Source: Delftia acidovorans NBRC 14950
GTDB taxonomy: Bacteria; Pseudomonadota; Gammaproteobacteria; Burkholderiales; Burkholderiaceae_C
DNA length: 32,000 nucleotides
Direction: 5' to 3'
Assembly: GCF_001598795.1 (NCBI RefSeq)
Contig: NZ_BCZP01000034.1
Span: 10,911-42,910, forward strand
The position numbers were made by a program, and so were the translations under genes. The notes below the pieces were generated by a model. The model ran no database searches. It was not told the origin of the DNA and saw nothing but the letters and a program-made list of their open reading frames with translations. Shown here in pieces: positions 6,951 to 15,404 of the stretch (position 1 is the first letter of the stretch; each line of letters starts with the position of its first letter).

Positions 6951-7765
6951 ACCCGACTTCCTCATTCCCCGCTTCACGCCCGCATGCGGGCCGCGTGGCC
7001 TGGATCACCGGCTCGACCAGCGGCATCGGCCTGGCCGTGGCGCGCCATCTGGCCAGCGAGGGCGCAGCCATCGCGCTGCATGGCCAGGCCGCCGCTTCTG
7101 CCGAGACCGATGCGCTGGTGCGCGAGATCGCCCACACGCATGGCGTGCCGGTGCGCCACTACGGCCTGGACCTGCGCGACGGCAGCGCCATCGCACCGCT
7201 GGCGCAGCGCATTGCGGCCGAGATGGGCGCCATCGACATCCTGGTCAACAACGCAGGCATGCAGCATGTGAGCCCGCTGCTCGAATTCCCGGCCGGCAAG
7301 TGGGACGAGCTGCTGGCCGTCAACCTCTCGGCGCCCTTCCATGCCATCCAGGCCTGCGCGCCGCAGATGCTGGAGCGCGGCTGGGGCCGCATCATCAATA
7401 TCGCCTCGGTCAGCGGGCTGGTGGGCGTGGCGCGCAAGCCGGCCTATGTGGCCAGCAAGCACGGGCTGATCGGCCTGACCAAGTCGGTGGCGCTGGAGTT
7501 CGCCACCACGCCCGTGACCTGCAATGCCATCTGCCCCGGCTGGGTGCTGACGCCACTGGTGCAACGACAGATCGATGCGCTGGCCGCGCGCGAGGGGCTG
7601 GATGCCGACGCGGCGGCGCGCCAGCTGCTGGGCGCCAAGCAGCCCTCCCAGGCCTTCGTGACCGTGGAGCAGGTGGCGGCGCTGGCCGGTTTCCTGGCCA
7701 GCGAGCAGGCCGCCCAGGTGCGCGGCGCACACTGGAACATGGACGGCGGCTTTGCCGCTGCCTGA
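6947..7765 (+). CDS. bdhA: 3-hydroxybutyrate dehydrogenase (short-chain dehydrogenase/reductase), 272 aa
   Basis: TGSTSGIGLA Rossmann motif, NNAG, YVASKHG catalytic Y-x-x-x-K. The C-terminal segment NAICPGWVLTPLVQRQID...KQPSQAFVTVEQV...VRGAHWNMDGG is typical of BdhA. ATG 6947 overlaps the GntR stop (ATGA at 6947-6950). Confidence 0.8.
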   Translation: MNPTSSFPASRPHAGRVAWITGSTSGIGLAVARHLASEGAAIALHGQAAASAETDALVREIAHTHGVPVRHYGLDLRDGSAIAPLAQRIAAEMGAIDILVNNAGMQHVSPLLEFPAGKWDELLAVNLSAPFHAIQACAPQMLERGWGRIINIASVSGLVGVARKPAYVASKHGLIGLTKSVALEFATTPVTCNAICPGWVLTPLVQRQIDALAAREGLDADAAARQLLGAKQPSQAFVTVEQVAALAGFLASEQAAQVRGAHWNMDGGFAAA

Positions 7766-7840
7766 GCCGGCCACGCCTCGCCCTGCCCCGCCAAACCCCT
7801 TTTCATACCAACGACAGACAAACCCAACCAGGAGAGACAG

Positions 7841-9157
7841 ATGTCCTTGAACGAAACCCATGACGCAGGCCTGCGCAGCTGGGTGACCTCGGCCAACACC
7901 GGCGCCAGCGACTTCCCCATCCAGAACCTGCCGTTTGCGGTGTTCCGCCGCGCAGGCAGCCAGGAGGCCTGGCGCGGCGGCGTGGCCATTGGCGACCAGG
8001 TGCTGGACCTGGCGCGCGCAAGCGCGATCAAGGCGCTGGGCGATGCCGTGCAGCCGCAGCTGGAAGCCGCTTCGCAACAGCACCTGAACGGCTTCATGGC
8101 CATGGGACCTGCCGCCTGGTCGGCCCTGCGCCTGGCGCTGTCGCGCGCGCTGCGCGAAGGCGCTGCCGCACAGGCGGCGCTGCAGGATTGCCTGGTGGCC
8201 CAGTCCGACGTGGAGTACACGGTGCCGGCAAAGGTCGGCGACTACACGGACTTCTATACCTCGGTGCACCACGCCACCAACGTCGGCAAGCTGTTCCGCC
8301 CGGACAACCCGCTGATGGAAAACTACAAGTGGGTGCCGATTGGCTACCACGGCCGTGCGTCCAGCCTGCGCGTGTCGGGCGTGGACTTCCGCCGCCCCAT
8401 GGGCCAGTTGAAGGCACCCGACGCCGCCGCGCCCGCGCTCAAGCCCTGCGCACGCCTGGACTATGAGCTGGAGATGGGCATCTACACCGGCGCCGGCAAC
8501 GCCTGGGGCGAGGCGATTTCCATGGACGAGGCAGAGAACCACATCTTCGGCCTGTGCCTGCTCAACGACTGGTCGGCGCGCGACATCCAGGCCTGGGAGT
8601 ACCAGCCGCTGGGCCCCTTCCTGTCGAAGAACTTCGCCACCACGGTCTCGCCCTGGATCGTGACGCTGGAGGCGCTGGAGCCCTACCGCACGGCCTTCAC
8701 GCGGCCCGCCGCAGATCCCCAGCCCCTGCCCTACCTGAGCTCGGCCGCCAACTCCGAGCGCGGCGCGTTCGACGTGCAGCTAAGCGTGGCGCTGGAGACC
8801 GGCCGCATGCGCGCCGAAGGCCAGGCAGCCCAGCAGATCACCCACACCAGCTACCGCCACGCCTACTGGACCATGGCCCAGCTGGTGGCCCACCACAGCG
8901 TCAACGGCTGCGACCTGCAGCCCGGCGACCTGCTGGGCACGGGCACGCTGTCCGGCCCCACCTCCAGCGAGGCCGGTGCGCTGCTGGAGCTGACCGAAGG
9001 CGGCAAGAAGCCCGTGGCGCTGGCCAATGGCGAGAGCCGCACCTTCCTGCAGGATGGCGATGCCGTGATCCTGCGCGGCTGGTGCGAGAAGCCGGGCGCC
9101 GCGCGCATCGGCTTCGGCGAGTGCCGCGCCACCGTGCTGCCCGCGCGCCAGGCCTGA
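7841..9157 (+). CDS. fahA: Fumarylacetoacetase (fumarylacetoacetate hydrolase), 438 aa
   Basis: Long-form FAH: N-terminal SDFPIQNLPFAVFR, then VGDYTDFYTSVHHATNVGKLFRPDNPLMENYKWVPIGYHGRASS, LDYELEMG, LLNDWSARDIQAWEYQPLGPFLSKNFATT. SD AGGAGAG lies 5 nt upstream. Confidence 0.9.
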   Translation: MSLNETHDAGLRSWVTSANTGASDFPIQNLPFAVFRRAGSQEAWRGGVAIGDQVLDLARASAIKALGDAVQPQLEAASQQHLNGFMAMGPAAWSALRLALSRALREGAAAQAALQDCLVAQSDVEYTVPAKVGDYTDFYTSVHHATNVGKLFRPDNPLMENYKWVPIGYHGRASSLRVSGVDFRRPMGQLKAPDAAAPALKPCARLDYELEMGIYTGAGNAWGEAISMDEAENHIFGLCLLNDWSARDIQAWEYQPLGPFLSKNFATTVSPWIVTLEALEPYRTAFTRPAADPQPLPYLSSAANSERGAFDVQLSVALETGRMRAEGQAAQQITHTSYRHAYWTMAQLVAHHSVNGCDLQPGDLLGTGTLSGPTSSEAGALLELTEGGKKPVALANGESRTFLQDGDAVILRGWCEKPGAARIGFGECRATVLPARQA

Positions 9158-9192
9158 TGGCAAAGGCAGATCGATCGGGGCCGATGGAGCGG

Positions 9193-9244
9193 CCCGATTG
9201 ATCTGCCCGATTGATTCACCCGATTGATCCGCCCGAATGTCGTG
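9193..9244. repeat. 13-bp tandem repeats (CCCGATTGATNNN x3 plus one degenerate unit) in the fahA-SPOR intergenic region
   Basis: cccgattgatctg / cccgattgattca / cccgattgatccg / cccgaatgtcgtg. Four GATC sites lie between 9169 and 9229. Confidence 0.85.
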
Positions 9245-9281
9245 ATTCCGACAGCCATGAGTGCATGACACAATTGCTGAC

Positions 9282-10874
9282 ATGCCCGCCCCATCGGAAG
9301 ACGCCATCTCAGCACCTCCCGCCACCATCGACTTCGGAAGGCAGGCGGCCCCTGCCCGGCAGGAGCCCGCCTTTGCCGAGCCCGGCAGTGCCAGCAGGCC
9401 CGACACGGCCGACTCTCCCAAGAGCCCCAGCAAACTGCCGCCCTCGATAGCCAGCGCCTTCGCTGCCGCAGCCTATGCGCTGCAGCACGGCGATGACGCC
9501 GCTGCCCCCAACGAGCGGGCAGGCGCCGGCGCACATTCCGGCGTCACCAGCTTCACGGGCGGACAGGGCGCCGGCCTGATGCCGGGCCTGTACGCCAGCC
9601 TGATTGGCGAGCCCTCGCGCGACTACTACCTGCGCCTGTTCGAGCGCTTCGACGCGCTGGGCAAGCCCTTGCCTACATGGAACCTGGCCGCAGGCCTGTT
9701 CACCCTGCCCTGGTGCGGGCTGCGCGGGCTGTGGCAAGAGGGCGGCCTCTATGCGCTGGCCGCCGGCGGCACGGGCCTGGTCTGGGGCCTGCTGCTGCGC
9801 CCCGCGCTGGGCCTGCCCCCGGCGATTGCCCACGGCATCGATGCCACGCTGATCCTGCTGGCCATTGCCATTCCCGGCCTGGGTGCCAATGCCCTGTACT
9901 GGCACCATGTGCGCCGCCACACGCTGCAAGCCATTGGCGAGGCCCCCAACATGGCCGCAGCGCACGAACGCCTGGCCCGCCGGGCGGCCACGCCCCTGCG
10001 CAAGCGCCTGGCCGTGGCGGCCGGTGCGGTGCTTGCCGCCGCTGCCGGTGCAGGCATCTGGGCGCTGTCGGGCATGCCACATTTCATGGCGGCACAGACC
10101 GCGGTGATCCCGTCCGAAGCCATACCGGCCGCTGCACCAGTTTCGCCAGCTGCACCAGCCGTGGCGCCAACGCCCGCCGCAGCCGTACCTGCCGTTGAAA
10201 CGCCAAGGACGGAACCGGCGCCCACACCCGCCCCTACTCCCGCCCCCACTCCCTCCCCCATACCCCAGCCGCAAGAGCCGGTCACCCAGACCGAGGCGCG
10301 CCCTGATCCGCAAGCGCCCTTGCCTGCTGCCGGCAGCACCGTCTCCGGCACGGTCGAACCCATGCCCGTCGTGGCAGCGGCCGGCGCCGCGGGTGCCGTC
10401 GCGGCCACTGCAGCGGCAGCCATTCCCGTCAAGGCCGCGTTGGTGCCAGCCAAAGCACCTGCACCTACGCCTGCGTCCGTGCACGCAGCCACGCCAGCGC
10501 CCGCCAAGCCCTCCAAGGTGGCGGCTGAAACCAAACCAGCCAAGCCCGCCAAGCCCGCCGAACCCGTCGCAAAGGCCGCGACACCTGCCAAGGCCGCCTC
10601 GGCGGCTCTGGAGCCGGGCAACTACTACATCAACATCGGCGTGTTCTCTGAAGCTGGCAATGCCGGGCGCGTGGTGGAGCGGCTGGAGAAAGCCAAGCTG
10701 CCCACGCTCAGCCAGACCCTGCACAGCAACAAGGGCGAGATCGTGCGCGTGCGCTCGGGCCCCTTTGCCAAGCAACGCAGCGCCGATCAGGCGGCCGCCA
10801 AGATACGCGCCATGGGCATGGAGGCCACGGTCTTCCACCACGCCCCCGCGGAAGGCCGCAGCGCGCGGCGCTGA
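9282..10874 (+). CDS. SPOR-domain protein with a DUF2628-like membrane N-domain and a long Pro/Ala/Thr-rich linker
   Basis: The C-terminal SPOR-like domain (GNYYINIGVFSEAGNAGRVVERLEKAKLPT...VRVRSGPFAKQRSADQAAAKIRAMGMEATVF) binds peptidoglycan. The N-domain is YYLRLFERFDALGKPLPTWNLAAGLFTLPWCGLRGLW plus TM segments. The start is uncertain (GTG 9261 or ATG 9282). Confidence 0.75.
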   Translation: MPAPSEDAISAPPATIDFGRQAAPARQEPAFAEPGSASRPDTADSPKSPSKLPPSIASAFAAAAYALQHGDDAAAPNERAGAGAHSGVTSFTGGQGAGLMPGLYASLIGEPSRDYYLRLFERFDALGKPLPTWNLAAGLFTLPWCGLRGLWQEGGLYALAAGGTGLVWGLLLRPALGLPPAIAHGIDATLILLAIAIPGLGANALYWHHVRRHTLQAIGEAPNMAAAHERLARRAATPLRKRLAVAAGAVLAAAAGAGIWALSGMPHFMAAQTAVIPSEAIPAAAPVSPAAPAVAPTPAAAVPAVETPRTEPAPTPAPTPAPTPSPIPQPQEPVTQTEARPDPQAPLPAAGSTVSGTVEPMPVVAAAGAAGAVAATAAAAIPVKAALVPAKAPAPTPASVHAATPAPAKPSKVAAETKPAKPAKPAEPVAKAATPAKAASAALEPGNYYINIGVFSEAGNAGRVVERLEKAKLPTLSQTLHSNKGEIVRVRSGPFAKQRSADQAAAKIRAMGMEATVFHHAPAEGRSARR

Positions 10875-11025
10875 AGCCTTTGCTGCCACCTGTTACTTCC
10901 GCATGCCTTCGGCTTCGCCTTGGCCCGGCTCAGCCCGGCTAAGGTATGCGGCATTGTCCGAGGCAGCGTGCCCGCGCCTGCCCTGATACTGCGCAGCAAC
11001 ACCCCATGAATCGAGGAGACAGACC

Positions 11026-11376
11026 ATGCCGATGACCGCCCCCGCCCTCCAACGCCGCCTTGCCGCCCTGGCCCTGCTGGGCGCCACCACCCTGGTGGCA
11101 GGCTGCGCCGGCATGAGCAATCCTTTTGGTGGCAGCAGCGGCGGTGGGGCGCAACCGGCCCCGCGCCCCGTGCAGGTCTGCAATGCGGCATCGGCGCAGT
11201 CCTTCGTGGGCAAGAGCAATACCTCGGCCACGCTGGAGGCCGCCCGCAAGCAGTCGGGCGCCTACATGGCCCGCGTGCTGCGCGAAGGCCAGCCGACAAC
11301 CATGGAGTTCAACCAGGAACGCCTGAACCTGGTGGTCGACGGCACAGGCCGCATCGTGGCCGTGCGCTGCGGCTGA
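11026..11376 (+). CDS. Small lipoprotein, peptidase-inhibitor I78-family-like, 116 aa
   Basis: Signal peptide with lipobox LVAGC. C-terminal pattern C-x-AxxAQxFVGK...RVLREGQPTTMEFNQERLNLVVDGTGRIVAVRCG. SD GAGGAGA lies before the ATG. Confidence 0.7.
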   Translation: MPMTAPALQRRLAALALLGATTLVAGCAGMSNPFGGSSGGGAQPAPRPVQVCNAASAQSFVGKSNTSATLEAARKQSGAYMARVLREGQPTTMEFNQERLNLVVDGTGRIVAVRCG

Positions 11377-11407
11377 TCGCCGACCGATTGCGCTGTGGCG
11401 CTGGATG

Positions 11408-11435
11408 AAAAAAGGACGCCTAGGCGTCCTTTTTT
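11408..11435. terminator. Bidirectional rho-independent terminator shared by the I78 lipoprotein gene (+) and hemW (-)
   Basis: Perfect palindrome AAAAAAGGACGCCTAGGCGTCCTTTTTT: a GC stem with an A-tract on one side and a T-tract on the other. Confidence 0.85.
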
Positions 11436-11453
11436 CAAAGGCGGTGCGCAGGC

Positions 11454-12698
11454 TCACTCGGCCAGGAACAGCTCCTGCAGGTCGCTGAGGAAGTCAAAGC
11501 CCCGCTCCGTAGGCACCACCCGCCCCAGGTCGCGCGTGATCAGGCCCTTGGACTGAGCGGCGTCCAGCCCCTTGGCGATGGAGGACAGCGGCAGGCCCGT
11601 GCGCTCCATGAAGTCCTGCAGCGCAAAGCCTTCGCGCAGGCGCAGCGCGTTGAGCATGTACTCGAAGGGCAGGTCGGCACGGCGCACCTCGCCGTCCTGC
11701 GCCAGCGGCGCGCCGGCCAGGGCCTGGTCCATGTAGCGCGCGGGATCGCGAAAGCGCACCTGGCGCACGATGCGGTGCGCAAAGCTGAGCTTGCTGTGCG
11801 CGCCCGCGCCTATGCCCAGGTAGTCGCCGAACTGCCAGTAGTTGCGGTTGTGCCAGCACTGGTGGCCCTCACGCGCATAGGCCGAGATCTCGTAGCGCTG
11901 CATGCCCGCGGCAGCGGTGCGCGCGGTGATGCGGTCCAGCATGTCGTAGGCCAGGTCGTCCTCGGGGATGGCCGGCGGAAACTTGGCGAAATACGTATTG
12001 GGCTCGATGGTCAGGTGATAGACCGACAGGTGCGGCGGGGCGAAGGACATGGCCACGTCCAGATCCCGCGCCAGGTCCAGTTCGGTCTGGCCGGGCAGCG
12101 CGTACATCAGGTCGATGTTGAAGGTCTCGAAGCTGTCGGCCGCCTCGCGCACGGCCGCACGCGCCTGGGCGCCGTCGTGCACGCGGCCCACGGCCTGCAG
12201 CAGGCGGTCGTCAAAGCTCTGCACGCCAATGGACAGCCGCGTGACACCGGCCGCGCGGAAGGCGCGGAAGCGGTCGGTCTCGAAGGTGCCGGGGTTGGCC
12301 TCCATGGTGATCTCGCAGTCGGCCTCCATGCGCAGGCGCGCGCGGATGGCAGCCAGCAGCCGGTCGATGGACTCGGGCGCGAACAGGCTGGGCGTGCCGC
12401 CGCCGATGAAGATGCTGTGCACGGTGCGGCCCCAGATCAGCGGCAGCGCGCTCTCCAGGTCGGCGACCAGGGCGTCGATGTAGCGGTCTTCGGGCAGCTC
12501 GGGGCCGTCGCGGCCGTGCTCGTGCGAGTTGAAGTCGCAGTACGGGCACTTGCGAATGCACCAGGGCAGGTGCACATACAGCGACAGCGGCGGCAGGCTG
12601 CCAAGCTGCAGCGTGCCGGGGCGCATGTAGTGCTGGATGTCGCGCTGCACGGCGGCCTGGGCGCCGGAGGCCGAATCCTGGGGCTGGATGGGAATCAT
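11454..12698 (-). CDS. hemW: Radical SAM haem chaperone HemW (HemN-like, oxygen-independent coproporphyrinogen oxidase family), 414 aa
   Basis: CxxxCxxC motif in LYVHLPWCIRKCPYCDFNS. IFIGGGTPS. Conserved position directly after rdgB with a 4-nt overlap. Confidence 0.88.
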   Translation of the reverse strand: MIPIQPQDSASGAQAAVQRDIQHYMRPGTLQLGSLPPLSLYVHLPWCIRKCPYCDFNSHEHGRDGPELPEDRYIDALVADLESALPLIWGRTVHSIFIGGGTPSLFAPESIDRLLAAIRARLRMEADCEITMEANPGTFETDRFRAFRAAGVTRLSIGVQSFDDRLLQAVGRVHDGAQARAAVREAADSFETFNIDLMYALPGQTELDLARDLDVAMSFAPPHLSVYHLTIEPNTYFAKFPPAIPEDDLAYDMLDRITARTAAAGMQRYEISAYAREGHQCWHNRNYWQFGDYLGIGAGAHSKLSFAHRIVRQVRFRDPARYMDQALAGAPLAQDGEVRRADLPFEYMLNALRLREGFALQDFMERTGLPLSSIAKGLDAAQSKGLITRDLGRVVPTERGFDFLSDLQELFLAE

Positions 12699-13297
12699 CG
12701 CACCCAGCGCTCGCGCACGAGTTCAATCATCTGCAGCGTGGCGCGGCCGCGGTGGCTGTGCGCGTGCTTCACGGCCGGGTCCATCTCGGCAAAGGTCTGG
12801 CCCAGCTCGGGGATGTACATCACAGGGTCGAAGCCGAAGCCCTGCGTGCCACGGCGCTCGGTGGTGATCTCGCCGAGCACACGGCCCATGGCGATCAGCG
12901 GTTCGGGGTCCCTGGCGCTGCGCACGCCCACCAGGGTGCTGACCATGGCGGCGCGGCGGTCGGCCACGCCCTGCATCTGCTCCAGCAGGGCGCGCACGTT
13001 GTTGTCGTCGCTTTTCTCGTAGCCGAACTGCGTGCAGTAGTAGGCCGTGTCCACGCCCGGCAGGCCGCCGAAGTGCGAGACGCACATGCCGGCGTCGTCG
13101 GCAATGGCGGGCAGGCCCGTGCGCTCGGCCGCGAAGCGGGCCTTGGACAGCGCGTTCTCCACGAAGGTGCAATGCGGCTCGGGCGCCTCGCCCTCGAACA
13201 GGTCGCCCTGGCGAATCAGTTCAACGCCCAGCGGGGCGAACATGGCTTGCAGCTCGGCGAGCTTGCCGCGGTTGTTGGAGGCCAACACAATCTTCAT
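12695..13297 (-). CDS. rdgB: dITP/XTP pyrophosphatase (RdgB/HAM1 family), 200 aa
   Basis: MKIVLASNNRGKLAEL..., DDAGMCV, GFGFDPVMYIPELGQTFAEM, SHRGRA. The start is chosen at MKIV (CAT 13295-13297). Confidence 0.9.
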   Translation of the reverse strand: MKIVLASNNRGKLAELQAMFAPLGVELIRQGDLFEGEAPEPHCTFVENALSKARFAAERTGLPAIADDAGMCVSHFGGLPGVDTAYYCTQFGYEKSDDNNVRALLEQMQGVADRRAAMVSTLVGVRSARDPEPLIAMGRVLGEITTERRGTQGFGFDPVMYIPELGQTFAEMDPAVKHAHSHRGRATLQMIELVRERWVR

Positions 13298-13396
13298 CGT
13301 AGAAATCCAGTCGGGCGCCCGTGCGCCCTTTGTCGTCAATAGGTTCGGTAGTCCATGCGCGCCACCGGCACCGCTGCTGCGGGCCGGCAGCGGCGT

Positions 13397-14302
13397 TCAG
13401 CGCTTGAACTGGCGCTCGGCCGAGCGGCGTATCGCCTCGTTGATCTCGGCGATGGAGCGCTCGATGGCGGCGTCATCCAGCTCATCTTCCAGGTCTTCGA
13501 TTGGCCCCCCCTGGATCGTGGATTCAAACGCGTCGTTCTCGATGTCCTGGGTGGAGATGCCCATGGTGGACTCGAAGGCGTCGGGCGTCTCCCACTCCAT
13601 GGCGATGGCCGTGACGTTGTCGCTGGCATCGCCCGCGTTGCGCAGCGCCGTTTCCACCAGCTGGGGGATGGCCTGGGACACGGTGCGGCCGTGCAGGGTG
13701 CGCATCAGGTGCCCTTCGTCCACGCTGCCCCACAGGCCGTCGGAGCACAGCAGCAGCTTGTCGCCCTGCTCCAGCCGGCGCGGCTCGGTCACGTCGTAGA
13801 TGGGCTTGGACGGCGAGCCCAGGCAGGTGAACAGCACATTGCGGCTGGATGTCTTGAGCTGCGCGGCGATCTCGCCCATCTCCAGATAGGAGTGGTCGCG
13901 CGTGCGCACCAGCAGCTCGCCACCGCGCACCAGGTACAGGCGCGAGTCGCCGCAGTGGATCCAGGTGATCTTGCCCTTCTGGATGACGGCCGCCACCAGC
14001 GTGGTGCGCGGCGTATCGATCATTCCCTTGGCGCTGGCGTAGCGCAGGATCTGCCGGTGCGCGTGCAGCAGCGCATCGACCAGAAAGCCCTGCGGATCGT
14101 CCAGCAGCGGCTTGGCCTGGCGCTGGAAGTGCACGGACATCACCTGCAGCGCCAGCTGCGCGGCGACCTCGCCTTCGGGATGGCCGCCCATGCCGTCGGC
14201 CAGCACGAAGAGCACGGCCTCCCGCGTGTAGCAGTAGCCCATGCGGTCTTCATTGAGCGCACGGCCGCCGCGGCGGCTCAGCTGAAATACCGAAAACCTC
14301 AT
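13397..14302 (-). CDS. PP2C-family Ser/Thr protein phosphatase, 301 aa
   Basis: RGGRALNEDR, LADGMGGHPEGEVAA, LLCSDGLW, SDNVTAIAM. The ATG overlaps the kinase stop (ATGA, 14299-14302). Confidence 0.88.
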   Translation of the reverse strand: MRFSVFQLSRRGGRALNEDRMGYCYTREAVLFVLADGMGGHPEGEVAAQLALQVMSVHFQRQAKPLLDDPQGFLVDALLHAHRQILRYASAKGMIDTPRTTLVAAVIQKGKITWIHCGDSRLYLVRGGELLVRTRDHSYLEMGEIAAQLKTSSRNVLFTCLGSPSKPIYDVTEPRRLEQGDKLLLCSDGLWGSVDEGHLMRTLHGRTVSQAIPQLVETALRNAGDASDNVTAIAMEWETPDAFESTMGISTQDIENDAFESTIQGGPIEDLEDELDDAAIERSIAEINEAIRRSAERQFKR

Positions 14303-15330
14303 GGCTTGCGCTCCTGGCCGACGGCCGGCAGGCCTGCCGCGCCGCTGATCTTCTGCATGTTCTTCTTGGCGTCGGTCACCAGCGTGTCCAGTTGCAGGCG
14401 CATGCGCTCGGAGACACTGAGCTTGGTGTAGCGGCGCTCACCCTCGCGGCTCAATTCCTTTTGCAGCGCAAACACCGACTGCGGGCGCGAACCCGGGTCC
14501 ATGGCCATGCACCACTCGACGACTTCGATGAGGTTGTCCGAGTACACGCCGCGCAGCTTGGTCAGCGCCAGCGTGAGCCGGTCCTTGTCCTGGCGCTGCG
14601 GCGCCTCGTTGGGCGGAAAGCCCTGCATGCAGGCATAGATGCAGGCGCCAATCGCGTAGATGTCGGTCCAGGGGCCGAGCGACGCATCGCGGCGGTACAT
14701 CTCGGGCGCGGCAAAGCCCGGGGTGTACATGGGGCGGATGAAGTTGCCTTCCTTGGACAGCACCTCGCGCGCCGCGCCGAAGTCGATCATCACGGCACGG
14801 TCATCATTGGTGATGAAGATGTTGGCCGGCTTGATGTCCAGGTGCAGCATCTTGTGCTGGTGCACGATGCGCAGGCCGCGCAGCACCTCGTCGAACAGCG
14901 AGCGGATCGTCGATTCGCGGAACACCTTCTCGGCCTTGAGCTCGCGCGCGGTGACAACGAAGTCCTGCAGGGTGGCACCCTCCAGGTAGTTCATCACCAT
15001 GTAGACGGTTTCGTTCTCGCGAAAGAAATTGAGCACGCTGACCACGGAAGCGTGCGAGATCTGTGCAAGGGAACGCCCTTCCTCGAAGAAGCTCTTGAGG
15101 CCCAGGCGGTACAGTGAAAGCTTTTCGGGAGCCACGGCGGGCTGCAACTCTCCGGGGGCACGGGTGGCCAGCGATGCGGGCAGGTATTCCTTGATCGCAA
15201 CCTGCTTGCCCTCTGCATCCAAGGCCAGGTAAACGACGCCGAAACCGCCGGAAGCAAGCCTGCGCACCACCCGATAGCCGCCGATCGTGCTGCCTGGCGG
15301 CAATGGCGCCGGCTTGATCTTGGAAGACAT
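14299..15330 (-). CDS. Hanks-type Ser/Thr protein kinase, soluble, 343 aa
   Basis: GGFGVVYLA...VAIKEY (P-loop and Lys), HLDIKPANIF (catalytic loop), DFGAA, TPGFAAPE. The start is chosen at MSSKIK (CAT 15328-15330). No TM or sensor domain is visible. Confidence 0.88.
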   Translation of the reverse strand: MSSKIKPAPLPPGSTIGGYRVVRRLASGGFGVVYLALDAEGKQVAIKEYLPASLATRAPGELQPAVAPEKLSLYRLGLKSFFEEGRSLAQISHASVVSVLNFFRENETVYMVMNYLEGATLQDFVVTARELKAEKVFRESTIRSLFDEVLRGLRIVHQHKMLHLDIKPANIFITNDDRAVMIDFGAAREVLSKEGNFIRPMYTPGFAAPEMYRRDASLGPWTDIYAIGACIYACMQGFPPNEAPQRQDKDRLTLALTKLRGVYSDNLIEVVEWCMAMDPGSRPQSVFALQKELSREGERRYTKLSVSERMRLQLDTLVTDAKKNMQKISGAAGLPAVGQERKP

Positions 15331-15404
15331 TTTTCTCCGGTGAGTCTCAGGGATGAGGCGAAACCCGGATAATCGGGCAATTGCAAGCATCCATCAAAAG
15401 TCCA

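Noticed and set aside
9261-10874. Pro/Ala/Thr-rich repeats (PAPTPAPTPAPTPSP, KPAKPAKPAEP) in the SPOR protein as a separate feature
   Set aside because: Low-complexity linkers are normal between the membrane anchor and SPOR domain in this protein class. The DNA repeats are short and imperfect.
13298-13396. Possible gene loss between PP2C and rdgB: short 99-nt gap where I half-expected another housekeeping gene such as RNase PH
   Set aside because: The expectation rests only on uncertain memory of synteny in other beta-proteobacteria. The gap shows no ORF remnant, only two small GC hairpins, so nothing in the sequence supports a deletion claim.
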